From the IMG/VR virus record IMGVR_UViG_3300043570_001980, positions 62,001 through 126,000 of that record: a stretch of 64,000 nucleotides of DNA; one strand, 5' to 3'. This document shows positions 37,589 to 46,790 of the stretch, piece by piece. Position numbers and translations under genes: made by a program. The first letter of the stretch is position 1. Every line of letters starts with the position of its first letter. Below the pieces are notes generated by a model. That model was not told where the DNA came from. It searched no databases and was given only the letters and a program-made list of their open reading frames with translations.

Positions 37589-37767
37589 TGATGGGTAAAT
37601 TTTTAGAATGGTGTAATCGCAACAGTAAATCAATTAGCCTTACAATTGGCGGGTTGAATCTACTGTCTGGGCTAAGTGCATTGGTCACAGGTAACTATGC
37701 ACTTGCCATAGTGGGATTTACAATTGGTGGCGCTCTTATGTTTGACGCTTATCGGGGATTCAAATGA
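37585..37767 (+). CDS. Small membrane protein
   Basis: Two hydrophobic segments; overlapping start and stop with neighbours. Confidence 0.55.
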   Translation: MMMGKFLEWCNRNSKSISLTIGGLNLLSGLSALVTGNYALAIVGFTIGGALMFDAYRGFK

Positions 37768-38243
37768 GTGTATATCTTATCAAACCCTTGGAAAAGAAAA
37801 GTGTTCAGTGGGTGGTAGAAATGTTTCGCCAAAACGACAATGATACTGTCAGTTGGTTTACCATGCGTGAAACATATCGATGGGGACAAGGATTTATTGA
37901 AGAGGATCTAGATTGCAATCTTCCCTGGAAAGAAGACGACATTGCTTATGCTCGAACCGATTGTGGTTGGGGCTGTGAGTTTGACGACAGTATAGGAATC
38001 GAATGGGAATTTAGTGATGATATCACTGAAACAGAGCAACAAGAAATCAAAGAATCCTACTACGAAGGTGGCGCCGCCTGGTTATTTGATGGCGAACACG
38101 AATGGGGTGTCGAGGATGATCAGGTTGTGATATATGCACCTTTTGAGATTAGTCTGTGTGAAGATGATGGTACAGTGATTGAAGAAAATATTAAATTAAA
38201 ACCTCGCCCCGCTGCCAGCAATAACTGGCCATTTCCAAACTAA
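37764..38243 (+). CDS. Acidic hypothetical protein (paralog of 37178..37588)
   Basis: KPLEKKSV...ETYRWG...YYEGG...EW. Confidence 0.6.
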   Translation: MSVYLIKPLEKKSVQWVVEMFRQNDNDTVSWFTMRETYRWGQGFIEEDLDCNLPWKEDDIAYARTDCGWGCEFDDSIGIEWEFSDDITETEQQEIKESYYEGGAAWLFDGEHEWGVEDDQVVIYAPFEISLCEDDGTVIEENIKLKPRPAASNNWPFPN

Positions 38244-38245
38244 AA

Positions 38246-38425
38246 ATGAATCAGATATATCATATCCAATCTCTCAACGGAGATTTAATTGAGTATTTTT
38301 TTGATCCTGATTTGGTAGATAGTTGGTTCCCAGAGAATCTTGATAAAATTAATAATTTAGGCCCAGTTCTAGTTGACATTGTTGATAAAAAGCAATATAA
38401 TAGCATGAACAAGGACAATACATGA
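38246..38425 (+). CDS. Small hypothetical protein (59 aa; not in ORF track)
   Basis: MNQIYHIQSLNG...; stop overlaps the ATG at 38422. Confidence 0.4.
   Translation: MNQIYHIQSLNGDLIEYFFDPDLVDSWFPENLDKINNLGPVLVDIVDKKQYNSMNKDNT
38373..38401 (+). promoter_or_regulatory. Sigma70 consensus promoter
   Basis: TTGACA-17 nt-TATAAT. Confidence 0.8.
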
Positions 38426-38718
38426 AATGGTTTTGGAGATATCTTTTTAACAAAATAGATAGAGTTGGCTCTGATTGCGAGGCTGTGCCTGCTCGTAATA
38501 TTAGCAAACACAGTCGACTAATGAATAGTACTGATGATTACCCAGACGGCGGCCTAAATATACAAGTTAAATCTGCTATTGGCGGTAAAATTGTAATCTT
38601 TAGGAACTACGATCAAAGAACAGATAGAACAAACCACACAACTTATATTATCAACAGCGATGAGAATTTTTCTGAATCACTAGGTAAAATTATAACTACT
38701 GAAAGTCTTAAATTATGA
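38422..38718 (+). CDS. Hypothetical protein
   Basis: aagga SD; coupled to the next gene. Confidence 0.6.
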   Translation: MKWFWRYLFNKIDRVGSDCEAVPARNISKHSRLMNSTDDYPDGGLNIQVKSAIGGKIVIFRNYDQRTDRTNHTTYIINSDENFSESLGKIITTESLKL

Positions 38719-39164
38719 ATCAAGAGCAACGAGAAAAAATTGATAGAATTAAACAATATGCAGAACGAAAAATCTGGGTCACGTTCCGCAAAGAAGGCAT
38801 CCACAAGTATCCGGCAGCCTTGGAAGACCCGCAACTAGCAACAGGAGATGAATATGATGTTTCGTTTTTGGGCTATCCTCATCGTCATATTTTTCATTTC
38901 AGGGTTTGGATTGACGTATTCCACAATGACCGAGATGTGGAGTTTATACAATTCAAGCGTTGGCTCGAAAAATTGTATTCTAGCAACCAAGGTGTACTGT
39001 CGTTAGACTACAAGAGTTGCGAAATGATCTCAGACGATCTGTACTTGCAGATTGCCGAAAGGTATCCTGACCGTGCGGTCTGGATTGAAGTGGCCGAAGA
39101 TGGTGAGAACGGCGCTTTGATCAAGTATGAAATTTCTCGCTCAAGTTTGTCAATCAAAATTTAA
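38715..39164 (+). CDS. QueD-paralog T-fold protein (DpdL-like, putative CDG decarboxylase)
   Basis: LGYPHRHIF matches LxxxHRHxF; also SCEMI and EVAEDGENGA, QueD-like C-terminus. Confidence 0.65.
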   Translation: MNQEQREKIDRIKQYAERKIWVTFRKEGIHKYPAALEDPQLATGDEYDVSFLGYPHRHIFHFRVWIDVFHNDRDVEFIQFKRWLEKLYSSNQGVLSLDYKSCEMISDDLYLQIAERYPDRAVWIEVAEDGENGALIKYEISRSSLSIKI

Positions 39165-39175
39165 TAGGAAATAGT

Positions 39176-39382
39176 ATGGCCAAGCCTACATTTAAAACCA
39201 ACCCTCGTCTTAATCAAATTTTTGAAGAGCTAGAAAAATTTCTAGATTTTTGTATTAGATTTGGCTATCGTTACAACGAAACCGATTTGTATAACTGGAA
39301 GAGTTATGCATGGCAACAATACAGCAAACATGCCCAAGGCAAAAACGCCAAGGACATGTGGACTGCTGACACAAGACCTTAA
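39176..39382 (+). CDS. Small hypothetical protein
   Basis: agga SD; 68 aa. Confidence 0.55.
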   Translation: MAKPTFKTNPRLNQIFEELEKFLDFCIRFGYRYNETDLYNWKSYAWQQYSKHAQGKNAKDMWTADTRP

Positions 39383-39390
39383 GGGTTAAT

Positions 39391-40587
39391 ATGAGAAAAC
39401 TATTCTACATGGGCTTGGAAAGTTACGAAGCCCGTTACACACTACAACTCACTGAATGGAATCGACGTGTATTTGAACGTCGAGGCATTGATGTAGTGTA
39501 TGTTCCTGGATCCACTATAGACAATACTAAAAGTATTAGTGTAGGACAGGTTTTAGACGCACACGGGCGCAGTTACTTTGGCATGAGTCAGATGATGAAT
39601 CTTGTACAGCTGATGCGTAATGGTGAATGCTCAGGAAAAGATGTTGTGTACTTTGAAGACATGTTCCAGCCAGGCATTGAAAGCTTGCCTTATATCATGA
39701 ATCAGATTCCAACAGAACAAAGACCTCGTGTGTATGTTCGTTGTCTGGCACAGGCTATTGATCCCGACGACTTTGTACATGTATGGGGCATGAGCAAGTG
39801 GATGAGTTTGTATGAACAAATGGTCAATGAATTTGTTACAGGTGTACTGGCTACCAACGAAGAAATGGTAGCCCACATGCGTATTGCCAATTGGACTGCA
39901 CCTATCTACAATATTAGCGGTTTAGCATTTGGCAAAGAAGAAGTGTTAGAACGCATAGGTGGCACAGCAAATATCAAACCATTTGCCGATCGTAAAATGC
40001 GGGTAGGGTTTGCCGCAAGATTTGACCAAGAAAAGCAACCAGGTTTCTTTATGGACCTGGCTGAACGTGTTCAAGAAGAACAGCCTCAGATTAGCTTTGC
40101 TATCTTCTCTGGAGGTCCGTTGCGGTCAAACAATAATAATTATGTAAAACGTGCTCGCAAATTACAAGCTAGTGGATTACTTGAGATTCATGAAAACTTA
40201 ACTAAAAATGAGTATTACTCTCTTCTTAATGACACTCGTGTTCTTTTCAATTGTGCTCTTCAAGACTGGGTGTCAAACACAGTTTCAGAAGCTGACACAC
40301 TTGGCGCTAATGTGCTTTACCCTGCTTATCGTAGTTTTCCAGAAACATTTGCTAACGACCTAGACCGTCTGTACATTCCCTGGAGTGAGGATGATGTAGT
40401 TAGAAAACTTAATAATCTATTAGAAAAATCTCATCATAACATTGGTCTCATCAGTGACTGGAACAACGGAACTATTGATAGAATCTGCGATATCATGCAA
40501 GGCAAAGGAGAGCAATGGAATCGTGCAGGCAATCGATATCGAGACCATGTGGCTGGCGCAAAATATAAAGTTAGGAAAGTTGAATGA
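39391..40587 (+). CDS. GT-B glycosyltransferase
   Basis: GFAARFDQEKQP and EADTLGANVLYP, the C-terminal GT-B nucleotide-sugar motif. Confidence 0.75.
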   Translation: MRKLFYMGLESYEARYTLQLTEWNRRVFERRGIDVVYVPGSTIDNTKSISVGQVLDAHGRSYFGMSQMMNLVQLMRNGECSGKDVVYFEDMFQPGIESLPYIMNQIPTEQRPRVYVRCLAQAIDPDDFVHVWGMSKWMSLYEQMVNEFVTGVLATNEEMVAHMRIANWTAPIYNISGLAFGKEEVLERIGGTANIKPFADRKMRVGFAARFDQEKQPGFFMDLAERVQEEQPQISFAIFSGGPLRSNNNNYVKRARKLQASGLLEIHENLTKNEYYSLLNDTRVLFNCALQDWVSNTVSEADTLGANVLYPAYRSFPETFANDLDRLYIPWSEDDVVRKLNNLLEKSHHNIGLISDWNNGTIDRICDIMQGKGEQWNRAGNRYRDHVAGAKYKVRKVE

Positions 40588-41561
40588 ATGTTGACTCTTA
40601 TAAATTAGTAGTAGTTACTGGTGCTGCCGGGTATATCGGTGGACAAACAATGATTTCGTTAAAGCGGTTAGGGTACATAGTTCTTGGAGTTGATCAGAAT
40701 ACGTTGCCCAAACATTTAATGTTGGTACCAAATCAATTCCATCGAGGGGATTTTGCATCTGAGGAAATCATCAATGTCATCGAGGCCGCCAGGCCAGCCG
40801 CGGTCATTCATTGTGCAGGAACTAGTCTAGTTGGACCCAGTGTTAAGAATCCAAAAGAATACTGGAATAATAACATTGCAAAGAACATACAATTTCTGGA
40901 TAGAATTTGTAGTATTCCAGCAGAATATCGTCCCAAAATTATCTTTAGTAGTAGTGCTAGTGTTTATGGTAATCCAATTATGACTCCTTGTCACGAAGTT
41001 GATCCTTGCGAACCAATTAGTCCATATGGAGAAACAAAACGGGCTATGGAATGGATTTTAGAAGGATATAAAGTAGCTTATGGATTAGAATATGTTGCAT
41101 TCCGATATTTCAATGCCTGCGGTGCAGATAGTAAAATACAGCACGGGCAAGCACCCAATGCAACACACATTATTGCTCGTGTGTTAGAGAGTTTACGGGA
41201 TGGTCAAGAATTCACTCTCAATGGTAACAATTATCCCACTGCTGACAAAACCTGCATTAGAGATTACATTCATGTTGAGGACATTGCACATGCACACATA
41301 TTGGCAATTGATGCAGAACTTCCTAGTGGGACTTATAATCTTGGAACCAGTACAGGATCAAGTAATCAGGACATTATCAATTCAGCAGAAAAAATTACAG
41401 GATTAAAACTACAGGTAAAAATAGGTCCACAAAGAGATGGTGATCCGGAGATCCTGACTGCCAGCGCAGATAAATTTAGTTCTTTAACCAATTGGAAACA
41501 GCAGTTTTCACTAGATGATATAATTAAACATGCCTGGCTTTGGTATAATAGAAAACAGTAA
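40584..41561 (+). CDS. galE: UDP-glucose 4-epimerase-like NAD-dependent epimerase
   Basis: TGAAGYIGG, FSSSASVYG, YGETK, FRYFNACGA, IRDYIHV. Confidence 0.9.
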   Translation: MNVDSYKLVVVTGAAGYIGGQTMISLKRLGYIVLGVDQNTLPKHLMLVPNQFHRGDFASEEIINVIEAARPAAVIHCAGTSLVGPSVKNPKEYWNNNIAKNIQFLDRICSIPAEYRPKIIFSSSASVYGNPIMTPCHEVDPCEPISPYGETKRAMEWILEGYKVAYGLEYVAFRYFNACGADSKIQHGQAPNATHIIARVLESLRDGQEFTLNGNNYPTADKTCIRDYIHVEDIAHAHILAIDAELPSGTYNLGTSTGSSNQDIINSAEKITGLKLQVKIGPQRDGDPEILTASADKFSSLTNWKQQFSLDDIIKHAWLWYNRKQ

Positions 41562-42228
41562 ACTTTGGGTATTTGGACAAAGTATGTCCTTGCCTTACAA
41601 TATTGGGTCACCCGAACATGGATGGCCCAATCTTCTTAGTAAAAAGCTAAATATAGAGTACGAAAATTATGCTCAAGCAGGAGCAGATAATTTTTTCATT
41701 TATCATACGTTTTTAGAAAATCTTAACAGAATTACAGACAACGATTTGGTAATAATTGGATGGAGTCACCCATCACGAAAATCCTTTATCATTGACAATG
41801 ATAACCCAGTACACACAGAAGCTATTAAAAAAAGTTTAGTGTATACCACCAAAACAAAACAGTTATTTCGCAGTAATAACAATTTTCTTAACACACAAAA
41901 AAAGTGGTCAACATTGACTCCTACGTCAACTGGGATCAATTTTTATGATAATTGGTTTGACAATTATTATTCGTTATACGAACAAACCTGCAATTTTCTA
42001 AGTTACACCGATAGTGTAAAATTGCGGTGTCCTGGGACTTATGTTCCGTTTTATTTTAGCAAAGAAAGCACACAAGATTTAAAACTTGTTGGTGCTGGAT
42101 ATATGTTGGATTTCATTGTTGACAACAATGTTGCGATAAGTAAAAATGATTGTCACCTTAATGATTATGGTCACCAAATGTGGTCAGAGCATATTTACAA
42201 TTATATAAAAAAATCAAAAAATGCATAA
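41530..42228 (+). CDS. SGNH-like hypothetical protein
   Basis: VFGQS, GWSHPSR, DCHLNDYGH. Start uncertain. Confidence 0.5.
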   Translation: MPGFGIIENSKLWVFGQSMSLPYNIGSPEHGWPNLLSKKLNIEYENYAQAGADNFFIYHTFLENLNRITDNDLVIIGWSHPSRKSFIIDNDNPVHTEAIKKSLVYTTKTKQLFRSNNNFLNTQKKWSTLTPTSTGINFYDNWFDNYYSLYEQTCNFLSYTDSVKLRCPGTYVPFYFSKESTQDLKLVGAGYMLDFIVDNNVAISKNDCHLNDYGHQMWSEHIYNYIKKSKNA

Positions 42229-44101
42229 TGTTTACTTACTACAGCCCGCACATGGAAATGTGTTTGGCGGAACCGAAGGGTATTGGTTGCCGTATTCTGT
42301 AGGATGCCTTTGGAGTTTTGCTGTACAAAACCCGGTGATTAAAGATAACTTTGCACTTAAAGAGTTGGTCTTTAAAAGAATGTCAATTGACGAAACAATT
42401 AAAAACTTTGATAATCCATCCGTGGCAGCATTTAGTTGTTATGTCTGGAATTACGAATATTGTAAAAAACTAGCCGAGGCTATTAAAGAAAAATGGCCCA
42501 AGTGTCTTATTGTATTTGGTGGACCACAAGTTACTAAATTACCCTATGAAAAATCTTTCTTTAAGAAACATCCATATGTTGATACAATTGTCAATGGTGA
42601 AGGTGAGCCGGCATTTTTAGATATACTATTATCATTATATCATAATAAACCAATTAAAAAAGTTAGTACGTTTGCTAGAATGGCCAACTTAGAGTACCCA
42701 AGCCCATACACATCGGGTGTGTTTGATAAAATAGTCAAGGATAATCCTGAGTATTACTGGCAAGGAGTATTAGAAACCAACCGTGGATGCCCGTATTCAT
42801 GTACTTTTTGTGATTGGGGTAGCTTAACATACAGCAAGGTTCTTAAATTTGCAGAAGATCGGGTACTAGACGAGCTTACTTGGATGGCTAACAATCGTGT
42901 TGCATATTTGTTTATTGCTGATGCAAATTTTGGCATGCTCTATGAAAGAGATAAAAAGTTTGCACAACACATCCATCAATTACAAAACACAAAGGGATTT
43001 CCGCATGTTGTTATTGCCCAATGGGCTAAAAATGCAAAACAAAAAATTATAGAAATTGCAAAAATATTTTTTAGTAATGATAAAAATAGAGGATTTACTG
43101 TCAGTGTGCAAAGCATGAACGACCAAGTTCTCGATGCTATCAAAAGAAAGAATATGGAAATCAGCGATCTTAAAGAAATGCTAGAAGAATGTTTTAAAAA
43201 TGGTATTCCAGCATACACTGAAATGATCCTCGGACTACCCTATGAGACCTATGAAACTTGGAAACAAAATCATGGGCTGATACTCGAGGCCGGGCAACAC
43301 AACAGCCTGGATGTTTGGCTTGCACAATTATTAGAAAACTCAGAACTCAACAGCTATGAGCAACGGACTCTGCACCAGATTGAAAGTATTGCTGTTCCAA
43401 AGTTTGTAACTGGTGCATTAGTTAATGAGGGTGATGATATTATGGAAAAAGAAGTAGTAGTCAAAGCCACAAAGTACATGCCCCTTGAGGATTTTGTTAA
43501 GAGTTATTTGTTTAGTTATATTATAATGACTTATCACTATAGTGGCATCACGCATATTCTAAGTAGGTTCCTAAGAAAACATAAAAATATCAGTTACTAC
43601 GATTTCTATTCTCAAATTGAAAATAAAATTGTTAACGGTCCTAGTACTAGTTTACTGACTCAAGAATACTATAGAATGAAGAATTTTATTGTTTCTTTTT
43701 TAGAAAGTGGCGAAAGTATTATTCCAAACAGGGATGGGCATAGTGCGCTTTGGACCAGTATCCACATATTGTTTGATAATGTTGATTTGACGCTTGAAGA
43801 AATTTATCAAATTATTAACAACGAATTTTGCGAGTTGGATCCTGAAATTTATAAAGAAGTAATGTTGTTGCAATCTGATTATCTACATCATTATGAAGGT
43901 AGTTACCCGTATACTGTTGACTATCAATACAACATTTACGATTATGTGTTCAACAACTCTGACGAATTAAACGTTCCAAACACACTTGAAATTTCGTATC
44001 CATTTAAGCATAAAAACAAACAGGACTTCTTTGAACAATTATATTTTGGTCGACGAGCATCAGTATCAAAAAACAGAATTAACAAAATTGACAATGTTTG
44101 A
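42221..44101 (+). CDS. Cobalamin-binding radical SAM protein
   Basis: B12 domain (FSCYVWN, VFGGP, GEGE) plus RGCPYSCTFC. Confidence 0.88.
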   Translation: MHNVYLLQPAHGNVFGGTEGYWLPYSVGCLWSFAVQNPVIKDNFALKELVFKRMSIDETIKNFDNPSVAAFSCYVWNYEYCKKLAEAIKEKWPKCLIVFGGPQVTKLPYEKSFFKKHPYVDTIVNGEGEPAFLDILLSLYHNKPIKKVSTFARMANLEYPSPYTSGVFDKIVKDNPEYYWQGVLETNRGCPYSCTFCDWGSLTYSKVLKFAEDRVLDELTWMANNRVAYLFIADANFGMLYERDKKFAQHIHQLQNTKGFPHVVIAQWAKNAKQKIIEIAKIFFSNDKNRGFTVSVQSMNDQVLDAIKRKNMEISDLKEMLEECFKNGIPAYTEMILGLPYETYETWKQNHGLILEAGQHNSLDVWLAQLLENSELNSYEQRTLHQIESIAVPKFVTGALVNEGDDIMEKEVVVKATKYMPLEDFVKSYLFSYIIMTYHYSGITHILSRFLRKHKNISYYDFYSQIENKIVNGPSTSLLTQEYYRMKNFIVSFLESGESIIPNRDGHSALWTSIHILFDNVDLTLEEIYQIINNEFCELDPEIYKEVMLLQSDYLHHYEGSYPYTVDYQYNIYDYVFNNSDELNVPNTLEISYPFKHKNKQDFFEQLYFGRRASVSKNRINKIDNV

Positions 44102-44690
44102 CAAAATATTAAAATTTGAACAAGCTCTAGCAGAGTTTACCGGTGCGCCATATGCAATCATGACTGATTGTTGTACGCATGCTATTGAACTGTGTTTGCG
44201 ATACGATCAAGTCAAGGAGTGCAAGTTTACTCCTTATACCTATTTGAGTATTCCAATGACCATGCACAAGTTAGGTATCAAATACGAGTACCTTGATCAT
44301 GCCTGGCAACGCTGGGTCGGCGAATACCCTTTTGTAGGCACACGCATTTGGGATTCAGCACGTAGACTCGAACAAGATATGTATCGTCCGGACACATTGA
44401 CCTGCCTGAGCTTTGGGCATGGCAAACCACTTCACATTGGTCGTGGTGGTGCTATCTTGCTGGATGATGTCGAAGCCTACAATATCATGCTGGCTCAACG
44501 CTACGACGGCAGAGACTTAGCTATCAAGCCATGGGAATCACAGCAGGTGTTCAAGGTGGGTTATCATTACAAGCCCACCATAGAAGAAGCAGAAATTGGT
44601 TTGGACCTGCTCAACGTAATCAAGGTTAATAGGCCGCAACCCGTGTATGTTGATTATCCAGACTGTAGACAAATAACCATTGAGGATTAA
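44094..44690 (+). CDS. Short DegT/DnrJ-like PLP-dependent protein
   Basis: DCCTHAIELCL, WDSA, LSFGHGKPL..GRGG. Start moved to ATG 44094; only 198 aa. Confidence 0.7.
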   Translation: MFDKILKFEQALAEFTGAPYAIMTDCCTHAIELCLRYDQVKECKFTPYTYLSIPMTMHKLGIKYEYLDHAWQRWVGEYPFVGTRIWDSARRLEQDMYRPDTLTCLSFGHGKPLHIGRGGAILLDDVEAYNIMLAQRYDGRDLAIKPWESQQVFKVGYHYKPTIEEAEIGLDLLNVIKVNRPQPVYVDYPDCRQITIED

Positions 44691-44693
44691 AAA

Positions 44694-45233
44694 ATGTTTG
44701 TACAAAAAATTAAACTAGACTATAATTTTGGTATTTTTCTAAATGCCGACTATACCACACACGAAGATACCTGTATCAAACATCAGGTGACCGAAATGGC
44801 TGACATCTATGCATCCTATGGTGGATTGCCAAAAAGTTACTGTTATGAAAATACTAAAATTAATCAACTTTGGTGGACTCCGGATCAGATAGACTTTATA
44901 GAAATTGGTCAACAGTTAGGTATGGAAATTGTCACTATGTCAAGTATTAGACAACAACCTGGCTGTATAACCACCTTGCACAAAGATACATTCTACCAAA
45001 TTAAAAAACGATTTCCTGAACGTACTGAACTAAAAGTCAGAGCCAATGTCTATTTGGAAGATTACAAATTTGGGCAAATGATTCAATACATTTCCCCGGA
45101 CAATACTTTTGAAACCAGTGTTGGTTGGAAACAGGGCGAGGGCTGGATGTGGGATAGTGATATCCAACATCTAAGCTGTAATGCAGGCATGGAAGACAAA
45201 TATACTCTCCAAATTTCAGGCTTTAGGATTTGA
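44694..45233 (+). CDS. Cupin / 2OG-Fe(II) oxygenase-like protein
   Basis: LHKD (HxD) and a distal HLSCNAG. Confidence 0.55.
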   Translation: MFVQKIKLDYNFGIFLNADYTTHEDTCIKHQVTEMADIYASYGGLPKSYCYENTKINQLWWTPDQIDFIEIGQQLGMEIVTMSSIRQQPGCITTLHKDTFYQIKKRFPERTELKVRANVYLEDYKFGQMIQYISPDNTFETSVGWKQGEGWMWDSDIQHLSCNAGMEDKYTLQISGFRI

Positions 45234-45267
45234 CTTTTTTAAATAAATCTGTTAAACTTAATAAATA
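45230..45267 (+). promoter_or_regulatory. Tandem sigma70-type and late-type promoters for folE
   Basis: TTGACT-17 nt-TAAACT, then ATAAATA at 45261. Confidence 0.55.
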
Positions 45268-45329
45268 TTCTTGCTACACAAAGGTAGCAAATATCAAAAT
45301 TTAAAATCCGCGTAAGGAAGGATATCAAT

Positions 45330-46013
45330 ATGTCATACAACAAAACAAAATGCGACCCTGAATTGGGTCTACTAGTACACAAACACTTGGTCAAGTGTGG
45401 TGTAGAAACTCCTACATTTCAACATGCAGTTGATCGTAAAGATAAAATTGAGTTAATCGAAAAAGACTTTAAACATATCATGGAAGTGTTGGGTTTAGAC
45501 CTTAGTGATGATAGTCTAATGGATACACCAAAGCGTGTGGCCAAGATGTATGTTAATGAAATCTTCTGGGGTCTTGACTATGAAGCGTTTCCAAAATGTA
45601 CTACAGTTGACAACAAGATGAAATACGATGAAATGGTTATTGAACGTAATGTCAACGTACAAAGCAATTGCGAACATCACTTTGTTGTGATTGATGGTGT
45701 AGCAACTGTGGGTTACATTCCCAAACAAAAAGTCTTGGGCTTATCTAAGATCAATCGTGTTGTTGAATACTTTAGCAAACGTCCACAAATTCAAGAGCGT
45801 CTGACAGAACAGGTATATCATGCTCTACAATACATTCTTGACACTGATGATATTGCGGTGGTAGTCGATGCTCAACACTATTGTGTAAAGAGTCGCGGCG
45901 TAGAGGACACAGGATCGTCAACAGTTACTAGCAAACTTGGCGGAGTATTCAAGAGTGATCCATCAGTTCGTAACGAGTTTATGAATATTGTTAATGCGTG
46001 TAAAAGAAATTAA
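45330..46013 (+). CDS. folE: GTP cyclohydrolase I
   Basis: DTPKRVAKMY, SNCEHH, GLSK, RPQIQERLT, HYCVKSRG. Confidence 0.95.
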   Translation: MSYNKTKCDPELGLLVHKHLVKCGVETPTFQHAVDRKDKIELIEKDFKHIMEVLGLDLSDDSLMDTPKRVAKMYVNEIFWGLDYEAFPKCTTVDNKMKYDEMVIERNVNVQSNCEHHFVVIDGVATVGYIPKQKVLGLSKINRVVEYFSKRPQIQERLTEQVYHALQYILDTDDIAVVVDAQHYCVKSRGVEDTGSSTVTSKLGGVFKSDPSVRNEFMNIVNACKRN

Positions 46014-46016
46014 TAT

Positions 46017-46709
46017 ATGAATAACGTAAACGAATACAATGTATCCAAATTTAAAGAAGAGTTTCTGAATACAGATTTATACCGGACTCTCGAAAAAGAC
46101 TTTGACCATTTAGTCTGGACCAAACACTGGCCGTATCAAAAACATGCAAGTACTCCTAGACAAATGTGGGGAGATCGGCTACGAGAGACTTATTTTTCTC
46201 TAACACCTTTTTATTATCTAAAACCATTGTTGGAAAAATCTCCGGACACAATATATGATATAGGATGTGGCTGGAATATTTTTAAAAAATATATACCTAA
46301 TATTGTTGGTGTAGATTTCAATGATGACTATCGAGACATTGATGATCAATTTGATGATGAATATGTTAAAAATCATCAACAATATTTTGAATCAGTATTT
46401 TCAATTTGTGCCTTGCATTTTTGTTCATTAACTAAATTTGAGAATCAAATACAACAATTTGTTTCAATGATCAAACCTGGCGGGCGAGGATATCTGGCAT
46501 TAAATTTTCAAAGATTCACTGACTTTACAAGTGAAACTGATTTAATTAAACTTTTTAACACAGCAAAGCCCAACGGTGCAATGTACAATCAGTTTATCCG
46601 TGATGCGTTATCAAATATAGATTGTAATTATTTGATTGTGGACGTTGACATTAGCACTCACAATGAACAAATGGACGGAAATATTCGTATTGTGGTAGAA
46701 GCCAAGTAG
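46017..46709 (+). CDS. Class I SAM-dependent methyltransferase-like protein
   Basis: IYDIGCG motif I; KPGGRGYL. Confidence 0.7.
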   Translation: MNNVNEYNVSKFKEEFLNTDLYRTLEKDFDHLVWTKHWPYQKHASTPRQMWGDRLRETYFSLTPFYYLKPLLEKSPDTIYDIGCGWNIFKKYIPNIVGVDFNDDYRDIDDQFDDEYVKNHQQYFESVFSICALHFCSLTKFENQIQQFVSMIKPGGRGYLALNFQRFTDFTSETDLIKLFNTAKPNGAMYNQFIRDALSNIDCNYLIVDVDISTHNEQMDGNIRIVVEAK

Positions 46710-46718
46710 TCAAGCTTC

Positions 46719-46756
46719 AGCGGTCTTTAGAGCATCATCCCGCTATACAAATTCTG
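46719..46756 (+). ncRNA. Candidate preQ1-I-like H-type pseudoknot aptamer upstream of queD
   Basis: P1 AGCGG/CCGCT; C immediately before the P1 3' strand; A-rich tail ATACAAA; P2 TAGAG/TTCTG. Confidence 0.4.
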
Positions 46757-46790
46757 CTGTCTATGCTATAATTTAACATAGGAGAAAAGC

